32,000 nucleotides of DNA from Candidatus Saccharimonadota bacterium (GTDB lineage Bacteria > Patescibacteriota > Saccharimonadia > Saccharimonadales > Saccharimonadaceae): the NCBI RefSeq assembly GCF_025273655.1, contig NZ_CP045921.1, positions 120,001 through 152,000 on the forward strand, given 5' to 3'. Positions 1 to 7,826 of this stretch are shown here, in pieces. Below the pieces are notes generated by a model. It had not been told where the DNA came from, ran no database searches, and saw nothing but the letters and a program-made list of their open reading frames with translations. Within the stretch, counting starts at the first letter, position 1. Each line of letters begins with the position of its first letter. A program made the position numbers and the translations under genes.

Positions 1-102
1 GGAAGCGGCGGCTCATTCAAAGGCAATGCCTCGCAGATTAGCAACATGTTCTTAGCCCAAGTACCACAAGGCCAAGATTTATTGAAGAAGATCAACGAAT
101 AG
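1..102 (+). CDS. 3' end of an unidentified CDS (start lies upstream of the window)
   Basis: Open frame from position 1 to TAG at 100-102, translating ...GSGGSFKGNASQISNMFLAQVPQGQDLLKKINE. No recognisable domain. Confidence 0.3.
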   Translation, partial: GSGGSFKGNASQISNMFLAQVPQGQDLLKKINE

Positions 103-114
103 AAGGAGATCGGG

Positions 115-708
115 GTGGAACAGCCGTCCATAAAAGCCATTGTATTCGACTGTTTTGGTGTGCTCTATACCGGGAGTCTGACCGAGCTTGCGAGTCATTG
201 TGAAAGTGAGCAAGATACCAAGGACTTATATGATATTACACGGGCTGCCGATCATGGATTTGTGTCGCGTGACGATTACATCGCGAAACTTATGGAGTTG
301 ACGCGGTTGACTCGTCAGGAGATTCGTGAGCTACTCGTAGGAGCGCAAGTGAGAAGCCGAGGGGTTTTCGCCTATGCGGCAGAACTCAAGACGCGTGGTT
401 ACAAAGTTGCTGTACTGAGCAATATCGGTCGCGACACAATCCATCGCCTCTTCAACGAGGCAGATTACGAGCTTTTCAACGCTATCATCGCTTCGGGTGA
501 TATTGGGGTTACGAAGCCACACATCACCGCATACGACCGTGCGCTTGAGCGATTGCGTGTACAGCCGGGCGAGGCAATCATGATCGACGATGCGTATTCT
601 AATGTTGCAGGTGCTATAGAGGCGGGTATGTATGGTATCGTGTTTACTTCTCTTGTAGATCTTAAAGCTCGGGTCGAAGAAATACTGCATCCTTCAGTTG
701 CAGAGTAG
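115..708 (+). CDS. HAD-superfamily hydrolase (subfamily IA-like phosphatase)
   Basis: 197 aa. N-terminal nucleophile motif region IVFDCFGVLY and C-terminal MIDD motif typical of HAD-IA enzymes. GTG start preceded by AAGGAG (103-108). Confidence 0.75.
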   Translation: MEQPSIKAIVFDCFGVLYTGSLTELASHCESEQDTKDLYDITRAADHGFVSRDDYIAKLMELTRLTRQEIRELLVGAQVRSRGVFAYAAELKTRGYKVAVLSNIGRDTIHRLFNEADYELFNAIIASGDIGVTKPHITAYDRALERLRVQPGEAIMIDDAYSNVAGAIEAGMYGIVFTSLVDLKARVEEILHPSVAE

Positions 709-791
709 ATACTACAACGAATATCCACAGTACACGTAACGCGGTAACTGACACAACGTAGTAAAAACTACTTCAATATACATCACGACAC

Positions 792-820
792 TTGACAACA
801 GGCCTACGACAGGCGATAAT
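792..820 (+). promoter_or_regulatory. sigma70-type promoter of the surface-protein locus (TTGACA-17-GATAAT)
   Basis: TTGACA 792-797, 17-nt spacer, GATAAT 815-820. It predicts a CA-rich leader of about 34 nt before ATG 861. Confidence 0.5.
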
Positions 821-860
821 CGGGCTACAAACCACCACAAACACAAACAAGGCACCACAT

Positions 861-1466
861 ATGAACACACGAACTCCGCGTACTACGCATCTCGCCGCCA
901 CGGCATTGATTGTCGTTGGCGTTATCTGTTCGCCGGTCATTGCATCGGCTGCATCAACCACAGCAAACACGGTCGTAAATGCGTCTGTTGGGGCATCGAT
1001 AGGTATCACGTCGAGCTCGACTGTCGCGCTTTCGCTTACTCCTACGTCGAGTGGCGTGGTGAGTAGTGCGAGCGACACTGTGACAGTAAATACCAACAAC
1101 GCAAGTGGCTATACGTTGACACTCGCAGATGGTGATGCTAATGTTAATCTGACGAGTGGCGGTAACACCATAGGAGCTCACTCGGGTACCCAAGCAAGTC
1201 CGTCTACGCTCAGCACCAACAAATGGGGATATGCTGTAGCGGGAGTCGGTGGATTCGACGCATCGTATTCTGCAGAAGCAAACAGTACGACCAGCAGTTC
1301 GAAATGGGCAGGTATACCCGCTAGCGGTGCACCAATACAGCTCAAAACTACCGCTACTACCGCTACAAATGATACCACTACTGTCTGGTACGGTGTAAAA
1401 GCCACATCTGCTCAGCCAAACGGCACGTACAGTGATACCGTCACCTATACGGCAACAACAAACTAA
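861..1466 (+). CDS. Secreted beta-rich surface subunit, paralog 1 (WxL-like / SCPU-like, family assignment tentative)
   Basis: The track ORF starts at TTG 792, but that TTG is the -35 hexamer. ATG 861 gives 201 aa, matching the paralog lengths. Signal peptide ends ASA/AS. T/S/A/N/G-rich with no Cys. GYTL and VTYTA occupy the positions where WxL proteins carry GWxL and TWTL. Confidence 0.8.
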   Translation: MNTRTPRTTHLAATALIVVGVICSPVIASAASTTANTVVNASVGASIGITSSSTVALSLTPTSSGVVSSASDTVTVNTNNASGYTLTLADGDANVNLTSGGNTIGAHSGTQASPSTLSTNKWGYAVAGVGGFDASYSAEANSTTSSSKWAGIPASGAPIQLKTTATTATNDTTTVWYGVKATSAQPNGTYSDTVTYTATTN

Positions 1467-1487
1467 CATATCCAGGAAAACAGAGGT

Positions 1488-2105
1488 ATGAAAAGAAACA
1501 CCAAAATCACTAGCTTTGTCACAGTAGCCTCATTGGCGGCTGTTGTTGCGTCGCCTATTGTCGCATCGGCCGCATCGACTACGGCAAACACAACCATCAA
1601 TGCATCGGTAGGCAGTGTCATTAGTATGACAACTGGTACCACAGTAGCGCTGAGCCTGACACCTACCGGAAGCGGTGTTGTGACGAGTGCAAGCGACACA
1701 GTAACCGTCAACACCAATAACACAACTGGCTACAACCTGACAGTTGCAGACAGTGACGCGACGACGACCCTCGCGAGTGGCGGCAACACCTTCACCGCAC
1801 ATAGCGGTACTAAGACCGCACCGACTGCTCTCGCCAACAACACATGGGGCTTTGCAGTTGCGACTGGTACGACAGGTATCGGTACCAATGGTTTTGATGC
1901 CTCGTATTCGGCAGAAAGCAACGCTACGTCAAGTGCCACAAAATGGGCAGGTATGCCGGCTACCGGTTCTCCGATGTTGTTGAAGTCTACTACAACAGCA
2001 GCGACAAATGATACCACGACCGTGTGGTATGCGGCCAAGGCTACAACAGCCCAGCCAAATGGCACGTACACCGACACCGTGACATATACCGCGACGACGA
2101 ATTAG
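1488..2105 (+). CDS. Secreted beta-rich surface subunit, paralog 2
   Basis: 205 aa. SD AGAGG before the ATG. Signal peptide ...VASAAS. Collinear with paralogs 1 and 3. Confidence 0.85.
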   Translation: MKRNTKITSFVTVASLAAVVASPIVASAASTTANTTINASVGSVISMTTGTTVALSLTPTGSGVVTSASDTVTVNTNNTTGYNLTVADSDATTTLASGGNTFTAHSGTKTAPTALANNTWGFAVATGTTGIGTNGFDASYSAESNATSSATKWAGMPATGSPMLLKSTTTAATNDTTTVWYAAKATTAQPNGTYTDTVTYTATTN

Positions 2106-2146
2106 TATACATGCCCCGAGGAGGGGCAGGGACAGGAGAGTGACAG

Positions 2147-2749
2147 GTGAGCAAGCGAGTAGTCAGACTACTAGGGGTCAGCATACTATCGGGGTTACTG
2201 GTAGCGGCTGCTCCTATTGTCGCCTCCGCTGCGAGCCAGACTGCTTCGACGACCGTCAATGCGACGGTCGGTTCGGTTATTAGTATGAGTACGAGTACGA
2301 CGGTCGCCATCAGCCTCACGCCAACATCTGGTGGTGTCGTGAGTAGTGCGAGCGACACCGTGTCGGTGAGTACCAACAACGCGCTTGGCTACAATCTAAC
2401 ACTTGCCGACTCTGATGCAACGACGAACTTGGTCAACGGCGGTAACACGATCGGAGCTCACACCGGTACGCAAGCGAGTCCATCGGCGCTGGCATCTAAC
2501 ACGTGGGGTTACCGGGTTGTAAATGTCGGCGGATTTGGCGCTAGTGCTTACACGGCGGAGACTAACAACGGCTCTAGTACGTCGACATGGGCTGGAGTGC
2601 CGGCCACTGGCTCCGCAAACACACTCAAGTCGACTTCATCTACTGCATCGGGAGATACCACAACGGTGTGGTACGGCGTGAAAGTCAATAGTACCAAGGC
2701 AAATGGTACCTATACCGACACTGTAACCTACACAGCCACCACCAACTAG
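2147..2749 (+). CDS. Secreted beta-rich surface subunit, paralog 3
   Basis: 200 aa. GTG start preceded by CAGGAGAG. Signal peptide ...VASAAS. Collinear with paralogs 1 and 2. Confidence 0.85.
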   Translation: MSKRVVRLLGVSILSGLLVAAAPIVASAASQTASTTVNATVGSVISMSTSTTVAISLTPTSGGVVSSASDTVSVSTNNALGYNLTLADSDATTNLVNGGNTIGAHTGTQASPSALASNTWGYRVVNVGGFGASAYTAETNNGSSTSTWAGVPATGSANTLKSTSSTASGDTTTVWYGVKVNSTKANGTYTDTVTYTATTN

Positions 2750-2768
2750 CAATATCAGGAGAATACGA

Positions 2769-3683
2769 GTGAAGCGAATTTTTATCAGTAGTGTTGTAGC
2801 GATAATACTTGCACTGGCGAGTGTTTCCCAGGTAGCATTTGCAGCAGATGCCCAGCAAGTCGCTCCTGCGACTCCAGATGAGAGCATCACACTCTCGCCG
2901 GTGAGTACTCGTTTTGCGATTGATGCCGGTCAGCAGCGAGCTGGTGAGATGACAATCGTCAATGATGGCAAATCCGACTATGACTTTATCGTCTACGCGC
3001 GGCCGTATTGGGTGGCTAACGACTCATATGATCCGGTGTTTACAAAAGGCTCCAAGCAAAGTGATGCATACCAGTGGGTACGCTTGCCGCAGACGAAGTT
3101 CCACGCCAAATCCGGTGAGACGGTCAAAGTACCCTATACTATCGATGTGCCGGCTACTGCTGCGCCCGGCGGTCATTACGGTGTTATATTTGCCGAGACT
3201 CAGCCCTCCAACACTGGCGAGCAGGGCAATTCTGTGGAGCGCAAAAAACGTGTTGGCATGATCATTTATGCCTCGGTCAACGGGCAAACGATCAACAAGG
3301 GTGAGATTGTCGGTAATCAAGTACAGTTTTGGCAGACACAACCGCCAATGAAGGCGACGGCTACTGCGCGCAATGAAGGTAATGTCGACTTTGTAGACAA
3401 AGTGACATTTGCCGTCAAAGACATGTTTGGCAATCCAAAGTATGTTATCACTAAAGAATACCCAGTACTGCCCCAAACGACACGTAGTATCGGGCTTGAA
3501 TGGCCACAGTCGCCATGGTTTGGCCTGTTTAAAGTAGAGATTCAGCAGCAATTCCTCGACAAAGAACTAACATCGACGCATTATGTACTGATGATGCCGC
3601 GTCTTCTACCGGTCTTGCTGATAGCGCTCCTTGTGATAGGAGGTGGTGTTGCGCTCCTTCACCGCAAAAAACGCAAGGCGTAG
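2769..3683 (+). CDS. Signal-peptide protein with beta-sandwich ectodomain and C-terminal TM anchor (DUF916/DUF3324-like WxL-interacting-protein architecture)
   Basis: 304 aa. Signal peptide ...SQVAFA. Segments ITLSPV..F.I.AGQ...G.MTIVNDG and GGHYGVIFAE. C-terminal hydrophobic helix LLPVLLIALLVIGGGVALL followed by HRKKRKA. GTG start after CAGGAGA. Confidence 0.7.
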   Translation: MKRIFISSVVAIILALASVSQVAFAADAQQVAPATPDESITLSPVSTRFAIDAGQQRAGEMTIVNDGKSDYDFIVYARPYWVANDSYDPVFTKGSKQSDAYQWVRLPQTKFHAKSGETVKVPYTIDVPATAAPGGHYGVIFAETQPSNTGEQGNSVERKKRVGMIIYASVNGQTINKGEIVGNQVQFWQTQPPMKATATARNEGNVDFVDKVTFAVKDMFGNPKYVITKEYPVLPQTTRSIGLEWPQSPWFGLFKVEIQQQFLDKELTSTHYVLMMPRLLPVLLIALLVIGGGVALLHRKKRKA

Positions 3684-4485
3684 CTTCGCGTATCTCACGC
3701 TACTGGCGGTCATTCTGACGAGTCAGGCGGCGCCAGCATGGGCGCAGTCGAGTAGCGTCTATGCGACACTTTGTGGCACCACGTCACATATCACGATCGC
3801 TCAGCCTGCAAGCGACAGTACGGTTACGGCTGCTCAGGTGACCGTCAGTGGTACGGTGGCACAGGCAAATCAGATCGAAGTGTATATCGACGATGAGTTT
3901 GATAGCACGATACCACTAACTGTTGGACAAACGACTTATAGCGGTAGCGTGCAACTACCAAATGGCACGCATACACTTCGCGTGGAAGCGATTAATAGCT
4001 GTAGTGGTCAAAACGGCGAGGCGACGAGTGTCGTGACATATACGATACCTCCGGCTCAGGCGTCTTCTGGTACTGCGGCGGCGACTGGGGTAGCTCCGGC
4101 TCAAGGCGGTGCGGTGACTATCGGCCCAGCTCCAACTGTATCGCAGGGTGTTGGGGGGGCTCCCCGGCAGGAGGCGGCGATGCCGCTCGGATTGCCACCA
4201 CTTCTGGGGCGCCCACTCGAACAGGCGCTCGATTGGCTCAATATCGCACCCCACGATCAACAAAGCGGCGCAACAGGCTTATCACTTGGACGCGCGATGT
4301 TCGTGGTATTGGGTATGTATTTCCTCGTATTGGGCGCGGCGCCTACATTGGTGCACACCCTGGCTGGACTCGGGGTGGTCACTCGAGTGACACCGCAGTC
4401 CAACAGTGCACGTCGCCAGTATCTCGTGCGATGGGGTGTGCGGGTTGCTGGGCTGCTAGTTTTGTTACTCGCACTGTTTCTGTAG
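3643..4485 (+). CDS. Signal-peptide protein with Ig-like domain, Ala/Pro/Gly linker and C-terminal TM helices
   Basis: 280 aa. Signal peptide ...APAWA/QSS. Ig-like segment ITIAQPASDSTVTAAQVTVSGTV...GTHTLRVEAIN. Two C-terminal hydrophobic helices. The start overlaps the previous gene by 41 nt. AGGAGG at 3638-3643 suggests the real start may be TTG 3649. Confidence 0.7.
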   Translation: MVLRSFTAKNARRSFAYLTLLAVILTSQAAPAWAQSSSVYATLCGTTSHITIAQPASDSTVTAAQVTVSGTVAQANQIEVYIDDEFDSTIPLTVGQTTYSGSVQLPNGTHTLRVEAINSCSGQNGEATSVVTYTIPPAQASSGTAAATGVAPAQGGAVTIGPAPTVSQGVGGAPRQEAAMPLGLPPLLGRPLEQALDWLNIAPHDQQSGATGLSLGRAMFVVLGMYFLVLGAAPTLVHTLAGLGVVTRVTPQSNSARRQYLVRWGVRVAGLLVLLLALFL

Positions 4486-4491
4486 TCGCGC

Positions 4492-4497
4492 TATACT
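4492..4497 (+). promoter_or_regulatory. TATACT -10 box, 6 nt upstream of the mutM ATG (leaderless-type)
   Basis: gcgcTATACTaggggcATG. There is no room for an SD at functional spacing. Confidence 0.4.
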
Positions 4498-4503
4498 AGG
4501 GGC

Positions 4504-5370
4504 ATGCCAGAACTTCCTGAAGTAGAAACCGTGCGACGTGGACTCGACGGGCTGATTGTGGGTCGCGTTGTCCGTAGCGTTAGTGTGCGTGATTCGCCCA
4601 AAAGTTTTCCGAACGCCCAGGCTGATGTTGACCAGTTTTTCATCGGTGCAGAAATTATCGCTGTGCGCCGTCGCGCCAAAGTATTACTTGTCGATCTCAG
4701 TACCGACTATACTCTCGTGATTCACCTCAAGATGACTGGGCAGCTGGTGTATCGTGGTGAGCAGGTGTTTGGTGCTGGCCACCCAAACGATTCGCTGATT
4801 GGCGAGCTTCCGGACAACTCGACACGTGTTATGATCGAGTTTATGGACAATTCGTGGCTCCATTTTAACGATCAGCGCAAATTTGGCTGGATACGACTTA
4901 TGCCAACTATTGAGGTTCCCAATATTGATTTTATGCAGCGTGTTGGCCCCGAACCCCTTGAGGCAGATTTTACGCCAGAGGAGTTTGCGGCACGATTCAT
5001 ACGTCGTGCCCGCACTAACATCAAGGCAGCATTGCTAGACCAAACTGTCGTAGCGGGCGTGGGTAATATCTATGCCGATGAGTCGCTCTGGGGTGCACGG
5101 ATCAGCCCTAAACGCCTAGTGGCAGAGGTGACACCCGGCGAATTTACCACCCTCTACACAGAACTACGCAGCGTCATGAATCTTGCCATAGAAAAGGGCG
5201 GGAGTACAGATAAAAATTATGTGAACGCCGAGGGAAAACGTGGGAGCTATATGGATTTTGCGCGGGTGTTTCGCCGTGAAGGCGAGGCGTGCCCACGGTG
5301 CGGCGCGACGATAGAAAAGATCAAGTGGGCGGGTAGAGGTACACATCTGTGTCCGAATTGTCAGAAGTAG
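4504..5370 (+). CDS. mutM: Formamidopyrimidine-DNA glycosylase (Fpg/MutM)
   Basis: 288 aa. N-terminal MPELPEVE catalytic signature. C-terminal zinc finger CPRCG...CPNCQK. Confidence 0.95.
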   Translation: MPELPEVETVRRGLDGLIVGRVVRSVSVRDSPKSFPNAQADVDQFFIGAEIIAVRRRAKVLLVDLSTDYTLVIHLKMTGQLVYRGEQVFGAGHPNDSLIGELPDNSTRVMIEFMDNSWLHFNDQRKFGWIRLMPTIEVPNIDFMQRVGPEPLEADFTPEEFAARFIRRARTNIKAALLDQTVVAGVGNIYADESLWGARISPKRLVAEVTPGEFTTLYTELRSVMNLAIEKGGSTDKNYVNAEGKRGSYMDFARVFRREGEACPRCGATIEKIKWAGRGTHLCPNCQK

Positions 5371-5408
5371 CAGTAGTGACACTGGAAGTGGTGGTGCCGA
5401 GTGAAGCC

Positions 5409-5717
5409 ATGCCGTCTAGAAAAATTGAAGAATACGCACATTATTTTGGCAAACTTTCACTACAGGCATCGATCAATAGTATTGAAGCGTACTGTGAGAC
5501 AACACCCGACAAGGACGTTTCGCGAGCGTGGCTACTGAGAGACCGTGCACAGCTTGAATTACTGTTGGGGCAGAGCCGGCATCCACAAGCACACCTGCAT
5601 GGAGCGCTCATGCGTGTGAGTACCGAGATGTGGGCAAGTATGTTTATGCAGAAGTTCGTCCAGGACCGACCGCGGCGACTTCAGGGCGTGACGCAGTCGG
5701 AAATTACCACAGCGTAA
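5409..5717 (+). CDS. Hypothetical protein (start uncertain; the track ORF begins at GTG 5349, overlapping mutM)
   Basis: 102 aa from ATG 5409. No recognisable motif. It fills the mutM-holA gap in the same orientation. Confidence 0.4.
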   Translation: MPSRKIEEYAHYFGKLSLQASINSIEAYCETTPDKDVSRAWLLRDRAQLELLLGQSRHPQAHLHGALMRVSTEMWASMFMQKFVQDRPRRLQGVTQSEITTA

Positions 5718-5719
5718 CG

Positions 5720-5725
5720 TATACT
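5720..5725 (+). promoter_or_regulatory. TATACT -10 box, 7 nt upstream of the holA GTG
   Basis: aacgTATACTagctagaGTG. Confidence 0.35.
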
Positions 5726-5732
5726 AGCTAGA

Positions 5733-6629
5733 GTGATTATTGTACTAACTGGAGACAATATCTATGAAATCGACCAGGAGCTTGGTCGGATTGTTGCTGG
5801 ATTTAACGGCGAGGTGGAGCGACTGGACGGGGATTCGCTCGAAGTGCGTGATCTGACAGATATCTTTAGCGGGGTATCGCTATTTGCAACCGAACGCTTG
5901 GTGGTGGTCAAGCGGTTGAGTGAAAATGCTTCTGTCTGGGAAGCGCTGGCGAGCTGGGCTGAGCAGTCGAGCGATACAATATTGGTGCTCGTTGAGCCAA
6001 AAGTCGACAAGCGTACAAAAACCTACAAAGCGTTTGCTAAGTATGTCGACGTCCGTACGTTTGCGGCGTGGGGTGAGCGCGACACGGTCAAGGCAGAGAA
6101 GTGGTTGAGTGATGAGGCTGTGCGACGCGACATTGCACTTGCTCCGGCTGCCGCACGCGAAATAGTCCGTCGGCGCGGAGTAGAGCAATACCAGCTGGTG
6201 AATACGCTCGAACAATTGGCCGTGCTCGGTGATATTACACCAGAAATAGTCGATACTCATATCGAAAAAACGCCGCATGACAACGTATTTGAACTCCTCT
6301 CGGCTGCGCTTACTGGCGATACTATCCGAGTGCGTCGTATGATTCAAGCGCTGCGCCCGGAAAACGACCCCTATATGACTCTTGGTCTCCTCGCTTCACA
6401 GATATTCGCGCTGAGCGGCCTGGTCTTATCCGATAAATCTCAGGCTGATGTCGCGAGTGATCTTGGTGTCAGTCCCTATACTCTGCGTGGCCTCACAAGA
6501 AGTGCTGAATCACTCGATCGCACGCAGCTGCGTGTTCTAGTGGGGGCGCTTGCTGATGCCGATAGTGGCCTCAAGTCGAGCAGTGTCGACCCATGGGTGC
6601 AGATAGAAATTGCACTTACTAAACGATAG
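5733..6629 (+). CDS. holA: DNA polymerase III delta subunit (HolA-like)
   Basis: 298 aa. N-terminal IIVLTGDN.YEIDQ pattern, overall length and helical C-terminal half are typical of HolA. The assignment is by resemblance, not by a diagnostic motif. Confidence 0.65.
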   Translation: MIIVLTGDNIYEIDQELGRIVAGFNGEVERLDGDSLEVRDLTDIFSGVSLFATERLVVVKRLSENASVWEALASWAEQSSDTILVLVEPKVDKRTKTYKAFAKYVDVRTFAAWGERDTVKAEKWLSDEAVRRDIALAPAAAREIVRRRGVEQYQLVNTLEQLAVLGDITPEIVDTHIEKTPHDNVFELLSAALTGDTIRVRRMIQALRPENDPYMTLGLLASQIFALSGLVLSDKSQADVASDLGVSPYTLRGLTRSAESLDRTQLRVLVGALADADSGLKSSSVDPWVQIEIALTKR

Positions 6630-7826
6630 CTATTGCCAGACGCGCACGTAATCGACATACATGGCCGTGCCGCTTGGAACGGTGTAGCCTTTTTTGAGGG
6701 CGAGGTTGAAAATGATGTACTGTGAGATACTCGTGATATTGGCGGCGTTGGTGTAGCTTGGGCCGGGCTGGCCATCTAGGTACACCTGGATCTTATTAGC
6801 CGTCCACAACATGCCGTAGGTGTGGAAATCTTGGGTATAATCGGTGCCGCTATTACCGTAAACTGTGAGGCCAGACTGCTGGTGATTAGACGAGGTACCG
6901 TAGTGGTAGTTGAAGCTTGGGCGTGTCTGACTACTCAAGCCAAACTCAAAGATGTCGATCTCTGGTGGCCAGGTCGAATCAACTGGGGCGGGGAGCGTCC
7001 AAAAGGCGGGCCAGACGCCAGTGTTGCCAGGGACTTTGATACGCGCTTCGATGTAGCCGTATTTGTAGCTCCAGCTGCGACCGTTTTGTACCATACCGGA
7101 GCTGTAGGGGTAGCCGTTGGTGGCGCCTTGGTTGAGCGTAAGTACGAGGCTGCCGTTTTGCACCTTTGGATTATTCGCGACATAGTACGCGTCTTCGATT
7201 GAGGCATTGTACGGGTCTCCGTAGCTATAGCTCGGGCCTCGCTGAGTAGCCCACTGCGACGCGAGACTGCTGCCGTCGAACTCGTCGCGCATGATTAGAC
7301 TCCAGCTACCGCCGATGCCTACGGGAAGTGGTAGGCAGTTGGGATAGATACCGCTGTAGCCACTCGCACAGGCGGGGGTTACCGGTGTGTCGGGTGAGGG
7401 TGTACTTGGTGCCACGCCGCCGTTACTGGAGTTACCCGAAGAGGCCGCGGGGGATTTCAACGAGGTGCCTGTTATGACTGATGAGCCTGCTGTGCCGCCA
7501 GGAGCACTGGAGGCAGGGGATGTGTTGTCGGTTGAACCGCTCGCTGTAGCCGAGGTACCAGTCGTAGTCGTGGGACCGGTGCTGCTGCTGATGCTCTGGG
7601 GCGAGGTGGGCGTGTCTGCTGGTATGGTGCCTGTCGAGCCATCATGTACTTCTCTCTCGGTAGCCGCTTCGAAATGCGCCCGAGCTATCAGTGCTCCGCT
7701 GATAATCGTGCTGCTCATCCCGAGTGTGAGTAATACGAGGACGGCGCGCTGATGCGCTCGTACAAACAAGATGCCCGTGTGGCGGATCGTAGCTATCTGG
7801 GGGCTATTGGGGTGAAAAAGGTGCAT
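6630..7826 (-). CDS. Membrane-anchored glycoside hydrolase family 16 (beta-glucanase/laminarinase-like)
   Basis: 398 aa. N-terminal TM helix AVLVLLTLGMSSTIISGALIA and a Ser/Thr/Pro-rich linker. GH16 signatures GYIEARIKVPGNTGVWPAFWTLP and catalytic EIDIFE. Confidence 0.85.
   Translation of the reverse strand: MHLFHPNSPQIATIRHTGILFVRAHQRAVLVLLTLGMSSTIISGALIARAHFEAATEREVHDGSTGTIPADTPTSPQSISSSTGPTTTTGTSATASGSTDNTSPASSAPGGTAGSSVITGTSLKSPAASSGNSSNGGVAPSTPSPDTPVTPACASGYSGIYPNCLPLPVGIGGSWSLIMRDEFDGSSLASQWATQRGPSYSYGDPYNASIEDAYYVANNPKVQNGSLVLTLNQGATNGYPYSSGMVQNGRSWSYKYGYIEARIKVPGNTGVWPAFWTLPAPVDSTWPPEIDIFEFGLSSQTRPSFNYHYGTSSNHQQSGLTVYGNSGTDYTQDFHTYGMLWTANKIQVYLDGQPGPSYTNAANITSISQYIIFNLALKKGYTVPSGTAMYVDYVRVWQ

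Larger units (their letters stand above)
861..2749 (+). repeat. Tandem triplication of a ~200-codon gene (three diverged paralogs)
   Basis: Three consecutive ORFs share signal peptide ...ASAAS and blocks TVALSLTPT.SGVV.SASDTV.V.TNN..GY.LT.AD.DA, GGNT..AH.GT, W.G.PA.G, DTTTVWY..K and NGTY.DTVTYTATTN. Confidence 0.9.
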
